Source: Gammaproteobacteria bacterium (GTDB taxonomy: Bacteria; Pseudomonadota; Gammaproteobacteria; Ga0077554; Ga007554). From it: DNA of 37,043 nucleotides. Shown here one piece after another: positions 1 through 9,647 of this stretch. The position numbers and the translations under genes were made by a program. The stretch spans positions 1-37,043 of the forward strand of contig JANOOA010000239.1 in assembly GCA_031421115.1 (NCBI GenBank), given 5' to 3'. The first letter of the stretch is position 1. Every line of letters begins with the position of its first letter. The notes under the pieces were generated by a model that was not told where the DNA came from, ran no database searches, and saw nothing but the letters and a program-made list of their open reading frames with translations.

Positions 1-422
1 TTCAGGCACAACGCAGCAGAGTCCGCAGTGACATTGGGACGTGACTCATAAATAATACCAACCACTCCCAGCGGCACACGCATATGCCCCACCTGAATAC
101 CGGATGGCTGGTATTTCAAACCGGTAATTTCACCCACTGGATCTGCCAGTGCAGCAATTTGTCGCAAGCCTTCGGCCATCAGCACGATACGTGGCTCGTT
201 GAGCATCAAACGATCCAGCATTGCCGCGTCCAGACCATTGTCCTTGCCCACCTGTAAATCTTTAGCGTTGGCGCTAATCAATTCGTGCGTCTGTTCCTGT
301 AACGCCGTCGCTATAGCACGCAGCGCAGCATTTTTGGCGCCAGTGTCCGCACGGCTCAATTGACGCGCAGCCGCCTTGGCGCGCCGCCCCACGTCCAGCA
401 TGTAATCCTTGATTGTCGTCAT
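1..422 (-). CDS. proA: gamma-glutamyl phosphate reductase, N-terminal part (runs off the window edge)
   Basis: Absent from the ORF track because no stop lies in the window. Reverse-strand translation from ATG (420-422) reads [41 protein letters not shown]...[30 protein letters not shown]. This is the typical ProA N-terminus, including the IYESRPNVT block. Confidence 0.85.
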   Translation of the reverse strand, partial: MTTIKDYMLDVGRRAKAAARQLSRADTGAKNAALRAIATALQEQTHELISANAKDLQVGKDNGLDAAMLDRLMLNEPRIVLMAEGLRQIAALADPVGEITGLKYQPSGIQVGHMRVPLGVVGIIYESRPNVTADSAALCL

Positions 423-609
423 TGTTCGTTTGTGCTCCCGTTTGATTTCGCCGCCTACTCCCGTGCGCAGCAAAGGAGAAAACCATTCCCTTTTTACATC
501 AAGACCTTGTAGAATAACACATTCTCACCCTGAAAACGTCATAAAAAATCACGATCATAACTTATAACATACTGAATGTTAAATGTATTTATGATTTTCA
601 TGGAAAACC

Positions 610-2433
610 GTGACGACACCAGCAGGCGGTAAAACACTAAACACTCCGCAAAAGGTTGGCCAGTGGATAGGGCACTTACTTCCAGGCTCTAACACCGCTT
701 GGACAGTGCTTGTCTTGTCCTTGTGCGCGACATTATGGGCGTGGTATGCAACGCGGGATGCGGCCGAAGAGAAGGCGCGCCTGCTTTTTGATTTCCGCGT
801 GCATGAAACTGAAAACGCCATCCTCAAACGCATGCAAGACTACGAACAGGTATTACGCGGCGCTGCCGGATTATTTGCTGCCTCGCAAAAAGTTGATAGA
901 GAGGAATGGAAGGCCTATATAGCCAGCCTGAACATTAACGAGCGTTATCCCGGCATTCAAGGCATAGGATTTGCGCCGTGGATTCCATCTGCGCACAGAG
1001 CCGCGCATGTGCGGCTAGTCCGCGCCGACGGTTTCCCTGGCTACGACATTCAGCCACCCGGCAACCGTGAACACTCTACGCCAACCATGTATCTCGAACC
1101 TTTTAGCGGACGTAATTTACGCGCCTTTGGCTATGATATGTTTTCCGAGACGGTGCGTCGTCACGCCATGGAACGTGCACGCGATAATGGCACGCCCATC
1201 CTCTCTGGCAAAGTACTGCTGGTACAAGAGACCGATAAAAACATACAGGCTGGCACGCTGCTGTTTTTGCCAGTGTACAAAAACGGCATGCCTCACAACA
1301 CCATCACTGAACGCCGTGCCGCCCTGATTGGTTTTATTTACAGTCCATTTCGCATGAATAATCTCATGAATGGAATTCTCGGCCACGGAAAATCCACCAT
1401 CAGAACAGATATCGATGTTGAAATTTTTGATGGGACGCCACCCTCGCCGCGCACTCTGCTCTACGACGATGACTCAGTGCTGCACGCAGCGGATGCTAAC
1501 TACACACCTTTGTTCAAGCATTCCTCGACCATCAACGTGCAAGGCAATGCCTGGACACTCTATTTTTTTACTCTCCCACCGTTCGAATCAATGATCGAGA
1601 CGCAAAAGCCGATCATGGTTCTGGCCGCCGGGTTACTATCAAGCTGCTTGTTGTTTGGACTCATCACGCTGCGCAAAAAAGCTGAGGATGACCTGCGCCG
1701 TTTTAACGAGATGCTGGAACAACGCATTACAGAACGTACCCATCAACTTGAGATAGCCAACCAGGAACTTGAGTCGTTTTCCTACTCCGTTGCCCACGAT
1801 TTGCGTGCACCATTGCGCGCCCTGAGTGGTTTCAGCCAAATCCTTACTGAAGATTACGCTGGCACACTTGACGCTAACGCTACAGGTTATCTAAATCGCA
1901 TTCACATCGCCGGTGAGCGCATGGGCCAACTGGTTGATGACCTTCTTAAGCTTTCACGCGTGGCACGCACCGAAATGAAATCCGAGACACTCAGCTTGAG
2001 CGATCTGGCGAAAAAAATACATGCCGATCTGCAACAGCGCGAACCAGAACGCACCGTAACGATGATCACTGGCACAGATATCGTTGCTCAAGGCGACCCC
2101 AGGCTGCTTGAAGCTGCTCTCGGAAATTTGCTTATTAATGCATGGAAATTTACCCTCGGAACTCCACAGCCCATTATTGAATTTGGAGAAACCGAGCAGG
2201 CTGGCGAAACCGTCTATTTTATACGTGATAACGGTGTGGGCTTCAACATGAACTACGTCAACAAATTATTTAAACCGTTTGAGCGCCTCCACGCAGACGG
2301 CGCGTTTGCAGGCACCGGCATCGGTTTAAGCATCGTCTCCAGAATTATCGCACGGCATGGCGGACGGGTATGGGCGGAAGGCGCAGAAGGAAAAGGCGCG
2401 ACATTTTATTTTACGCTACCAGCAAAAAAGTAA
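610..2433 (+). CDS. membrane sensor histidine kinase with periplasmic CHASE domain (HisKA + HATPase_c); no adjacent response regulator
   Basis: 607 aa ORF. Two hydrophobic segments (AWTVLVLSLCATLWAWYA and IMVLAAGLLSSCLLFGLITL) flank a CHASE-like region (WKAYI...ERYPGIQGIGFAPWIP...MYLEPFSGRNLRAFGYDMFSE...GKVLLVQE). H-box SFSYSVAHDLRAPLRAL, N-box LLINAWKF, G-boxes DNGVGF and GTGIGLSIV. The start is GTG at 610, so the exact start is uncertain. Confidence 0.85.
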   Translation: MTTPAGGKTLNTPQKVGQWIGHLLPGSNTAWTVLVLSLCATLWAWYATRDAAEEKARLLFDFRVHETENAILKRMQDYEQVLRGAAGLFAASQKVDREEWKAYIASLNINERYPGIQGIGFAPWIPSAHRAAHVRLVRADGFPGYDIQPPGNREHSTPTMYLEPFSGRNLRAFGYDMFSETVRRHAMERARDNGTPILSGKVLLVQETDKNIQAGTLLFLPVYKNGMPHNTITERRAALIGFIYSPFRMNNLMNGILGHGKSTIRTDIDVEIFDGTPPSPRTLLYDDDSVLHAADANYTPLFKHSSTINVQGNAWTLYFFTLPPFESMIETQKPIMVLAAGLLSSCLLFGLITLRKKAEDDLRRFNEMLEQRITERTHQLEIANQELESFSYSVAHDLRAPLRALSGFSQILTEDYAGTLDANATGYLNRIHIAGERMGQLVDDLLKLSRVARTEMKSETLSLSDLAKKIHADLQQREPERTVTMITGTDIVAQGDPRLLEAALGNLLINAWKFTLGTPQPIIEFGETEQAGETVYFIRDNGVGFNMNYVNKLFKPFERLHADGAFAGTGIGLSIVSRIIARHGGRVWAEGAEGKGATFYFTLPAKK

Positions 2434-2467
2434 TGTGGCGCCAGGACATCATCGGCCTGTTCCTCAT

Positions 2468-3505
2468 CTAACGAATGACCGCTCTGGATTCGACCGGAAA
2501 TCGCACCCCTGCCATCATTAATGCCAGTTGCAGCATTTCATCCCAGGCATTGCCTGGCGTCACACCCTTGATGACACGGTCTATCTGCCCGGCATGACGC
2601 AACATGGTTTGCCACTGGATTAGCGTATTACGCTTTAATCCACTTTTGATCAGTGGTTTGCGTGCATCCCATACACGATGAGCGGCCAGCACTTGATCAG
2701 TAGCACCTCCCGCCTGTATTTCATGGGCCATTTCCACAAGACTGCGACAACACGCGCACAGCGCCCACAGCACCAGCACGGGTTCGACGCCTTCGCTGTG
2801 CAGACCATGCAACATGCGCGCAGTGCGCGTGGCATCACCCGCCAGCGTACTGTCCACCAGACCATAAACATCAAATCGTGTACTATCCACGACCGCTTCG
2901 GCAATCGCATGGGCGTTAATTTGCCCAGCGCCATGTAACAAAAACAGCTTTTCAATCTCTTGCGCAGCGGCGAGTAAATTACCTTCCACGCGCTCTGCCA
3001 GCAGTGCTACGGCTTCAGTATCAGGCTGCATGCCTTTGGCACGCATCCGCTGGGTAATCCAGACAGGTAACTGCCGCACTTCGACAGGCCACACCTGCAC
3101 CACTACACCCACCTTGTCCAGTGCGCCCACCCACTTGCTGGACATCACCGCTTTATCAAGCTTGCCGGTGATCATCAACAGCACTGCATCATCCGCTGGA
3201 CGTTGCGCATATTCCACTAATGCTTTGCTGCCAGCATCGCCCGCCTTGCCGCTCGGCAGGCGCAACTCGATAATACGTCGCTCGCTGAATAGCGACAAAC
3301 TGTTAGCCGCCACATGCAACGCACCCCAGTCGAAGCCGGTTTCGACGTACATCACTTCACGCCCACCATATCCCATCTCACGGGCACGGGCGCGAATCGC
3401 GTCGCACGCCTCACCCACTTGCAACGGTTCATCACCGCTCACCAGATAAATCGGCGCTATAGACTTGGCGAAGTGATTTTTGAGTTGATCCGGTTTAAGT
3501 TTCAT
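2468..3505 (-). CDS. holA: DNA polymerase III delta subunit
   Basis: 345 aa, N-terminus MKLKPDQL...APIYLVSGDEPLQ typical of HolA. Lies 3 nt downstream of lptE, the conserved lptE-holA pairing. Confidence 0.85.
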   Translation of the reverse strand: MKLKPDQLKNHFAKSIAPIYLVSGDEPLQVGEACDAIRARAREMGYGGREVMYVETGFDWGALHVAANSLSLFSERRIIELRLPSGKAGDAGSKALVEYAQRPADDAVLLMITGKLDKAVMSSKWVGALDKVGVVVQVWPVEVRQLPVWITQRMRAKGMQPDTEAVALLAERVEGNLLAAAQEIEKLFLLHGAGQINAHAIAEAVVDSTRFDVYGLVDSTLAGDATRTARMLHGLHSEGVEPVLVLWALCACCRSLVEMAHEIQAGGATDQVLAAHRVWDARKPLIKSGLKRNTLIQWQTMLRHAGQIDRVIKGVTPGNAWDEMLQLALMMAGVRFPVESRAVIR

Positions 3506-3508
3506 GAG

Positions 3509-4012
3509 TTACTTGCCTATTGCGCCCAAACGCCGCACCACACCCTGCACCACATCGCGGCGCAGATCGCGGTATATCAACTCCTCCTCGGATCCTTTGG
3601 CAAGCACTTGCGCCGGCGTGTGTGACACGGCGCGCAGCCGCTCTACCGTCTGCGCAGGCAGAATTTCCTTGCCTTCATGATCAGCCACCGTAAAAGTCAC
3701 CGCATAACGCAGCTCATATTCCTGTACCGTACCCGTACCGCCCACTGACAATACCCGACGATCTTTTTCTTCACCTGTAACAGTGAGTACCGCGCGACTG
3801 TCTGCGCGCGCGTCCACCAGCACCACGCCCGCATCACGCACGCCCCGACGCAGATCGGCAAACAATGCCGCACTGGCGGCATCGCCTGCCACGTAGGTCG
3901 CGGGCAGCGACACAGCCGCCCCAGCGCTACCGCGCAAGCGGAAACCACAGCTATTGAGGGTCAGCAAAACACACCCCACTATCAGCCAGGTGAGCAAAAA
4001 ACGCTTCTTCAT
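3509..4012 (-). CDS. lptE: LPS-assembly lipoprotein LptE (RlpB)
   Basis: Lipoprotein signal peptide MKKRFLLTWLIVGCVLLTLNS|C followed by GFRLRG, the characteristic LptE start. The track start at 4021 is a TTG; I prefer ATG at 4010-4012. Confidence 0.8.
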   Translation of the reverse strand: MKKRFLLTWLIVGCVLLTLNSCGFRLRGSAGAAVSLPATYVAGDAASAALFADLRRGVRDAGVVLVDARADSRAVLTVTGEEKDRRVLSVGGTGTVQEYELRYAVTFTVADHEGKEILPAQTVERLRAVSHTPAQVLAKGSEEELIYRDLRRDVVQGVVRRLGAIGK

Positions 4013-4081
4013 TAACCTCAAACACCCCTTTCCATGTTATAATTCAAGGACTTTACCTTGCCTTACGCCCCGCTCGCAATA

Positions 4082-4106
4082 ATACTTGACTAAATTACTC
4101 AGATTT
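4082..4106. promoter_or_regulatory. IscR (Rrf2-family) type-1-like operator, box 1, overlapping the -35 element
   Basis: ATACTTGACTAAATTACTCAGATTT matches 22 of 25 positions of the E. coli type-1 IscR consensus ATASYYGACTRWWWYAGTCRRSTAT (hand count). Confidence 0.55.
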
Positions 4107-4114
4107 ACTAAAAT
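4086..4114 (+). promoter_or_regulatory. sigma-70 promoter of the suf operon (TTGACT-N17-TAAAAT)
   Basis: TTGACT at 4086-4091, a 17-nt spacer, TAAAAT at 4109-4114. Lies ~200 nt upstream of the sufB ATG. Confidence 0.6.
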
Positions 4115-4115
4115 A

Positions 4116-4140
4116 ATACCTGACTAAATTACTCAGGTAT
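4116..4140. promoter_or_regulatory. IscR (Rrf2-family) type-1-like operator, box 2, immediately downstream of the -10 element
   Basis: ATACCTGACTAAATTACTCAGGTAT matches 24 of 25 positions of ATASYYGACTRWWWYAGTCRRSTAT. It is a near-perfect dyad (half sites ATACCTGACTAA / ATACCTGAGTAA). Confidence 0.65.
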
Positions 4141-4144
4141 TTTT

Positions 4145-4183
4145 GCTACGGATCAAAAGTAGGCGCCTCCAGGCGAGCAAAAA
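4145..4183 (+). repeat. ~39-nt intergenic repeat element, copy A (in the suf 5' leader)
   Basis: gctacggatcaaaagtaggcgcctccaggcgagcaaaaa aligns with 11711-11749, with 31 identical columns of 39 and one 1-nt gap (hand alignment). Shared core: CAAAAGYAGGYGCCTCCAGGYGAG. Confidence 0.6.
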
Positions 4184-4316
4184 CCCTGATCTTATTGTAA
4201 TATAGATTGTTTTGCCTGGTGTTAGCAAATAAACACCCTGTAACTCTCAGGGCTAAAAGATTAACTATTTGATATGTACTATATTTCATAGAAAACCCTG
4301 AGACAGGAGAACAGCG

Positions 4317-5753
4317 ATGAGCGCAACGCTAGAGACGTTAATCAACCGACCCTATCAATTTGGCTTTGTCACGAACATTGAATCCGACGCCCTTCCCAAG
4401 GGCTTGAATGAAGACGTTATACGTTTGATTTCAAAGAAGAAAAATGAACCGGACTGGCTGCTTGAATTCCGCCTGGCGGCTTATCGCCACTGGCTGACCC
4501 TCACTCCGCCGGAATGGGCAAATGTTACGCATCCGAAAGTTGACTTTCAGGACATGGTCTACTACTCCGCCCCCAAGCCGCGAAAGAAGCTGGCGAGCAT
4601 GGATGAAGTGGACCCCGAATTGTTGCGCACCTTCGAAAAACTTGGCGTGCCAATGTCGGAGCGCAAGGCGCTGGCGAATGTGGCTGTGGACGTGATTTTC
4701 GACAGTGTATCGGTGGCGACCACTTACAAAGACAAGCTGGCTGAAGTCGGTGTGATTTTTTGCTCGTTCTCTGAGGCCGTGAAAGAGCACCCCGAACTGA
4801 TCAAAAAATATTTGGGCAGTGTGGTGCCCACGGCTGACAATTTTTATGCGGCACTCAATTCAGCGGTCTTCACCGACGGTTCGTTTTGCTATATTCCCAA
4901 GGGATGCCGCTGCCCGATGGACTTGAGCACCTATTTCCGTATCAACAATGGCGAGTCCGGGCAGTTTGAGCGCACCCTGATTGTCGCTGAAGAAGGTAGC
5001 TACGTAAGCTACCTGGAAGGTTGCACCGCACCGCGCTTCGACACCAACCAGTTACACGCGGCGGTGGTAGAGCTGGTGGCAATGGACAATGCTGAGATAA
5101 AATACTCCACAGTACAAAATTGGTATGCTGGCGATGAAAACGGTGTGGGCGGTATTTACAATTTTGTTACCAAGCGCGGCTTGTGCAAGGGTATAAATTC
5201 GAAAATTTCCTGGACACAAGTCGAAACCGGCTCGGCGATTACCTGGAAATATCCAAGCTGCGTGTTGATTGGTGATAACTCTATTGGTGAGTTTTACTCA
5301 GTGGCGCTCACCAATCACCATCAACAGGCCGACACTGGCACCAAGATGATCCACATCGGCAAAAACACTCGCAGCCGCATTGTCAGTAAGGGCATTTCAG
5401 CAGGGCAATCCAACAACAGTTATCGTGGCCTGGTAAAAGTGGGCGCCAACGCCGCCGGCGCACGCAATTATTCGCAGTGCGATTCGATGCTGATTGGCGC
5501 AACGTGCGGCGCCAATACGTTCCCCTATATTGAAGTACACAACAACACGGCCAAGGTGGAGCATGAAGCCTCCACGTCGCGCATCGGCGAAGATCAGATG
5601 TTTTATTTTGCCAGCCGGGGTGTCGGCGCAGAAGAAGCTGTGTCGATGATCATCAACGGCTTTTGCAAAGAGGTATTCAATCACTTGCCGATGGAGTTTG
5701 CTGTGGAAGCAACGCAATTGCTAGGTCTTAAATTAGAAGGAAGTGTCGGGTGA
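4317..5753 (+). CDS. sufB: Fe-S cluster assembly scaffold protein SufB
   Basis: 478 aa with typical SufB blocks ([69 protein letters not shown]). AGGAG RBS 7 nt upstream of the ATG. Confidence 0.95.
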   Translation: MSATLETLINRPYQFGFVTNIESDALPKGLNEDVIRLISKKKNEPDWLLEFRLAAYRHWLTLTPPEWANVTHPKVDFQDMVYYSAPKPRKKLASMDEVDPELLRTFEKLGVPMSERKALANVAVDVIFDSVSVATTYKDKLAEVGVIFCSFSEAVKEHPELIKKYLGSVVPTADNFYAALNSAVFTDGSFCYIPKGCRCPMDLSTYFRINNGESGQFERTLIVAEEGSYVSYLEGCTAPRFDTNQLHAAVVELVAMDNAEIKYSTVQNWYAGDENGVGGIYNFVTKRGLCKGINSKISWTQVETGSAITWKYPSCVLIGDNSIGEFYSVALTNHHQQADTGTKMIHIGKNTRSRIVSKGISAGQSNNSYRGLVKVGANAAGARNYSQCDSMLIGATCGANTFPYIEVHNNTAKVEHEASTSRIGEDQMFYFASRGVGAEEAVSMIINGFCKEVFNHLPMEFAVEATQLLGLKLEGSVG

Positions 5754-6514
5754 TCAGCAGTAGCAGTAAAACAATTTTAGAAGTGCGCAACCTCTCTGCC
5801 TCTGTGTCAGGTGTAGGGATACTCAAAGGCATTAACCTGACGGTGCGCGCCGGTGAAGTACACGCCATCATGGGGCCGAACGGCTCAGGCAAGAGCACCT
5901 TTTCCAAAGTACTGGCGGGGCATCCCAGTTACACCGTGACGGGCGGTGAGGTGATGTTTCAGGGCAAAAACCTGCTGGAGCTACCGCCGGAAGAGCGCGC
6001 CCATGCCGGGGTGTTTCTGGCGTTTCAATACCCGATTGAAATCCCCGGCGTGAGCAACAGTGCTTTTTTGCGCTTGGCGTATAACACCATGCAAGCACGG
6101 CGCGGCGGTGAAGATCTTGACCCGCTGGAATTCAATGATTACATCCGCGAAAAATCCAGAATCGTAGAAATGGATCCGAGTTTTCTTGACCGTAACGTCA
6201 ACGAAGGTTTTTCCGGCGGAGAAAAGAAGCGCAACGAGATCTTGCAGATGGCGGTGCTCGATCCCACTCTGGCGATACTCGATGAAACCGATTCGGGTCT
6301 GGATATTGATGCACTGCGCATTGTTGCCAGCGGTGTAAACAAGCTCATGACGCCCAATAATGCCGTAATCATGGTCACGCATTATCAGCGTCTGCTCAAT
6401 TACATCACCCCCGACTTTGTGCATGTAATGCGCGGCGGCCAGATCATCAAAACCGGCGGCAAGGAACTGGCGCTGGAGCTGGAAACGCGCGGCTACGACT
6501 GGGTGCATGCATGA
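5750..6514 (+). CDS. sufC: Fe-S cluster assembly ATPase SufC
   Basis: 254 aa. Walker [13 protein letters not shown] signature [16 protein letters not shown], Walker [17 protein letters not shown]. The GTG start overlaps the sufB stop (GTGA). Confidence 0.95.
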   Translation: MISSSSKTILEVRNLSASVSGVGILKGINLTVRAGEVHAIMGPNGSGKSTFSKVLAGHPSYTVTGGEVMFQGKNLLELPPEERAHAGVFLAFQYPIEIPGVSNSAFLRLAYNTMQARRGGEDLDPLEFNDYIREKSRIVEMDPSFLDRNVNEGFSGGEKKRNEILQMAVLDPTLAILDETDSGLDIDALRIVASGVNKLMTPNNAVIMVTHYQRLLNYITPDFVHVMRGGQIIKTGGKELALELETRGYDWVHA

Positions 6515-7833
6515 GCGCGGCAATAAAATCCATATTCAATCACAATACTTACCTGTCGGGGTTACTGCCGACTACTGCGGCGCCCCATGAATGGTTAAAC
6601 GCGCTACGCGCCGACGCGGCACTGCGTGTACGCGCATTGCCATTTCCCACTACGCGTGATGAAGAATGGCGTTTCAGTGATTTTTCATTGATGTGCAAAA
6701 CAGCGTTTGCGCCTGTCGTTGCCACACCTGCGTTGACGCTCACCGACATTGCGCCTTTTCTATTGCTTGAAGCGGTTAACAGCCGATTGGTATTTGTTAA
6801 CGGCATCTATGCAGCACACTTATCATCGACTGTGTTACCCGCCGGCGTGGTAGCAACCAATTTTTCAGCAATGCTGACCAATGAAACGCTCCGCGCGCAA
6901 CTTGCCCAGCATGCGCCCTTCCAGCATGAAGCCTTCGTCGCGCTTAATACTAGCCACCTGCAAGAGGGCGCACTGATTGTACTCAGTAAAAATACTGACT
7001 GCACCACACCCCTGCACCTTCTGTTTGTCAGCACTGCAAGCATAGCGCCCGTAGCATCACATCCACGCTGCCTGATCGTGGCTGAATCCGGCAGCGCGTG
7101 TACCCTCATCGAAGATTACGTGTGCCTGCCCACAGTTAACGCATCACCCACCTATTTCACCAATGCCGTCACAGAGATTGTTATAGAAGATGACGCCACT
7201 CTGCGGCATACACGCTTGCAACGCGAATCTCCCTCGGCCTTTCATGTGGGTTATGCTGCAGTACACTTGGGGCGCAACAGTTGCTACGATTCAAACAACA
7301 TTACTTTTGGTGCGCGTTTATCGCGCTATAATCTGCATATCACCCAAAGCGCCGAAGGTACAAACTGCACATTAAACGGATTAGCGTTAATCTCAGGCCG
7401 ACAAGTAGCCGACACCCATACCGTAATGGATCATACCCAGCCCAACGGCAACAGCGCACAATTACATAAGTGCATTGTCGACAGTGGCGCGCACGCAATA
7501 TTCAACGGAAAAATATTTGTGCGCAAAGACGCACAACACACCAACTCCACGCAAAGCAGCCGCAACCTGCTGCTGTCAAACAAGGGGCGCATCGACACCA
7601 AGCCGCAACTTGAAATATTTGCCGATGATGTAAAATGTGCGCATGGCGCGACCGTCAGCCAACTTGACACTGAAGAAATGTTTTATTTGAACAGCCGTGG
7701 CTTGAATGCCAACACGGCACGTAACCTGCTGATCTACGCGTTTGCTGAAGAAATTATTGACAAGGTGCCAATAGCCTCGCTCAAACAACACTTGAGCCAG
7801 ACAGTATCCAGCCAGATGGGAGAGATCGTATGA
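6511..7833 (+). CDS. sufD: Fe-S cluster assembly protein SufD
   Basis: 440 aa. The C-terminal half is SufB/SufD-like ([35 protein letters not shown]). ATGA overlap with the sufC stop. Confidence 0.9.
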   Translation: MSAAIKSIFNHNTYLSGLLPTTAAPHEWLNALRADAALRVRALPFPTTRDEEWRFSDFSLMCKTAFAPVVATPALTLTDIAPFLLLEAVNSRLVFVNGIYAAHLSSTVLPAGVVATNFSAMLTNETLRAQLAQHAPFQHEAFVALNTSHLQEGALIVLSKNTDCTTPLHLLFVSTASIAPVASHPRCLIVAESGSACTLIEDYVCLPTVNASPTYFTNAVTEIVIEDDATLRHTRLQRESPSAFHVGYAAVHLGRNSCYDSNNITFGARLSRYNLHITQSAEGTNCTLNGLALISGRQVADTHTVMDHTQPNGNSAQLHKCIVDSGAHAIFNGKIFVRKDAQHTNSTQSSRNLLLSNKGRIDTKPQLEIFADDVKCAHGATVSQLDTEEMFYLNSRGLNANTARNLLIYAFAEEIIDKVPIASLKQHLSQTVSSQMGEIV

Positions 7834-9158
7834 GCGCCCACGCCAAGAGCCAGCCGCAACTTGCGAGCACATTGATCCATCCGGTCGGCACCTTGGCCGC
7901 TCCCGGCATCCTGCCTCACACGGCACTAGCGCTTCCCTGCGCGTCGAACATCGAGCGTATACGCGCTGATTTTCCGATTCTCCAGCGCAGCATTCATGGC
8001 AAGCCACTGGTGTATCTGGACAACGCTGCCAGCAGCCAGATGCCGCAACAGGTAATTGACCGTCTGACGCATTACCAGACACACGAACATGCCAATATAC
8101 ATCGCGGTGTGCATACCTTGAGCCAGAACGCCACCACGGAATACGAGAATGCGCGCCTCAAGGTGATGGGCTTTCTTGGCGCCAAGGAATCACGCGAAAT
8201 TATCTTTACGCGCGGCACCACCGAAGGCATTAATCTGGTGATGCATGGCTATGGTCGCCGCTTTATTGGTGAAGGTGATGAAATCATCATCTCCGCCATG
8301 GAACACCATTCCAACATTGTGCCTTGGCAAATGTTGTGCGAAGAAAAAAAAGCCCGGTTGCGCATTATTCCCATGAATGATGCCGGCGAACTGTTGCTTG
8401 ATGAATACGCAAAACTATTTAATAAAAATACCAAACTTGTTGCCTTAACCCATGTATCCAATGCATTGGGCACCATCAATCCCGTGCATGAGATGATCGC
8501 CACCGCGCATCAGCATGGTGTGCTGGTATTGCTCGATGGCGCGCAGGCGGCGCCCCACATCGCCGTCAACGTACAAGATCTGGATTGTGATTTTTATGTA
8601 TTTTCAAGCCACAAAATGTGCGGCCCCACCGGGGTTGGCATTTTGTACGGCAAAGCCGCACTACTGGAAAAAATGCAGCCTTACCAGGGCGGCGGCGATA
8701 TGATTCTGAATGTTACTTTTGAACGCACCACCTACAACGAGATCCCGTACAAATTCGAGGCTGGCACGCCGGCGATTGCCGCAGGTATCGGGTTGGGCAC
8801 GGCTATCGACTACCTGACCGCGATTGGGCTGGAAAACATTGCTGCATATGAACAGACGTTGCTGGGACATGCAAGCGAGGCAGCACGCAGCATCCAAGGT
8901 TTGAAAATTATCGGTACGGCACAACATAAGGCAGCCGTGCTGTCATTCACGCTGGATGAGATACACCCACATGACATTGGCACGCTGCTTGACCAGGAAG
9001 GGATTGCAGTGCGTGCCGGGCACCATTGCGCACAACCGGTCATGCAACGTTTTGGCATACCGGCTACAGCGCGGGCATCGTTCGCCTTCTACAATACGTT
9101 TGAAGAAGTGGATGCACTGATTGCAGGCATCCATGCCGTGAAAAAGATCTTCGCCTGA
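7830..9158 (+). CDS. sufS: cysteine desulfurase SufS (class II aminotransferase V)
   Basis: 442 aa. RADFPIL...YLDNAASSQ, PLP-lysine motif FSSHKMCGPTG, active-site loop RAGHHCAQP. ATGA overlap with sufD. About 35 aa longer at the N-terminus than E. coli SufS, so the true start may be internal. Confidence 0.9.
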   Translation: MSAHAKSQPQLASTLIHPVGTLAAPGILPHTALALPCASNIERIRADFPILQRSIHGKPLVYLDNAASSQMPQQVIDRLTHYQTHEHANIHRGVHTLSQNATTEYENARLKVMGFLGAKESREIIFTRGTTEGINLVMHGYGRRFIGEGDEIIISAMEHHSNIVPWQMLCEEKKARLRIIPMNDAGELLLDEYAKLFNKNTKLVALTHVSNALGTINPVHEMIATAHQHGVLVLLDGAQAAPHIAVNVQDLDCDFYVFSSHKMCGPTGVGILYGKAALLEKMQPYQGGGDMILNVTFERTTYNEIPYKFEAGTPAIAAGIGLGTAIDYLTAIGLENIAAYEQTLLGHASEAARSIQGLKIIGTAQHKAAVLSFTLDEIHPHDIGTLLDQEGIAVRAGHHCAQPVMQRFGIPATARASFAFYNTFEEVDALIAGIHAVKKIFA

Positions 9159-9616
9159 TGAACAATCCACGCGCACTTTACCAGGAAGTGATTCTTGATC
9201 ACAACAAAAAGCCGCGCAATTTTGGCGTACTGGAAAATGCCAATCGTCATGCGGAAGGCCATAACCCGGTGTGTGGCGATCACATCACCCTGCACGTGAA
9301 GATTGATGATGGGCACATCAGTGGTATAAGTTTTGAAGGACAAAGTTGCGCGATCTGCAAGGCATCGGCGTCGATGATGACGGGGCAGATTAAAGGTAAA
9401 ACCGTGGTCGAGGCTGAAACCCTGATACAGGAGTTCCGCGACATGGCCACCGGCAAGCTTGATGTAAATGTGCAACCACACCACTTGGGACGTCTGACAG
9501 TATTCGCTGGTGTGAGCGAACTGCCCTCACGCGTAAAATGCGCCATTCTGCCATGGCATACCTTGCACGCCGCAGTTAAAGAGCTGGATAACACATCCAC
9601 CGAGAAAGATTTTTAG
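9158..9616 (+). CDS. sufU: SufU-type (NifU/IscU-like) sulfur acceptor / Fe-S assembly protein
   Basis: 152 aa. LYQEVILDHNKKPRNFG, NPVCGD, GQSCAICKASASMM and RVKCAILPWH resemble B. subtilis SufU. The start overlaps the sufS stop (TGATG). Confidence 0.85.
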   Translation: MNNPRALYQEVILDHNKKPRNFGVLENANRHAEGHNPVCGDHITLHVKIDDGHISGISFEGQSCAICKASASMMTGQIKGKTVVEAETLIQEFRDMATGKLDVNVQPHHLGRLTVFAGVSELPSRVKCAILPWHTLHAAVKELDNTSTEKDF

Positions 9617-9647
9617 ACGGCGTATTTAACAGTAACATCAGGTCACT

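Noticed and set aside
274-486. The 70-aa ORF at 274-486(-) listed in the track.
   Set aside because: It is out of frame with, and overlaps, the clearly ProA-encoding frame that starts at 422 and runs off the window. The real gene here is proA.
5981-6523. Long antisense or alternative-frame ORFs inside well-supported genes. Examples: 5981-6523(-) in sufC, 7576-8082(-) across sufD/sufS, 13372-13896(-) and 14066-14563(+) in metG, 29069-29647(+), 30568-31131(+), 31109-31591(+) and 32083-32625(+) in flhF/flhA/flhB.
   Set aside because: All lie opposite to, or out of frame with, genes that have strong family signatures. Their translations are Cys/Arg/His-rich low-complexity strings with no recognisable motifs and no RBS context. 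They look like typical shadow ORFs.
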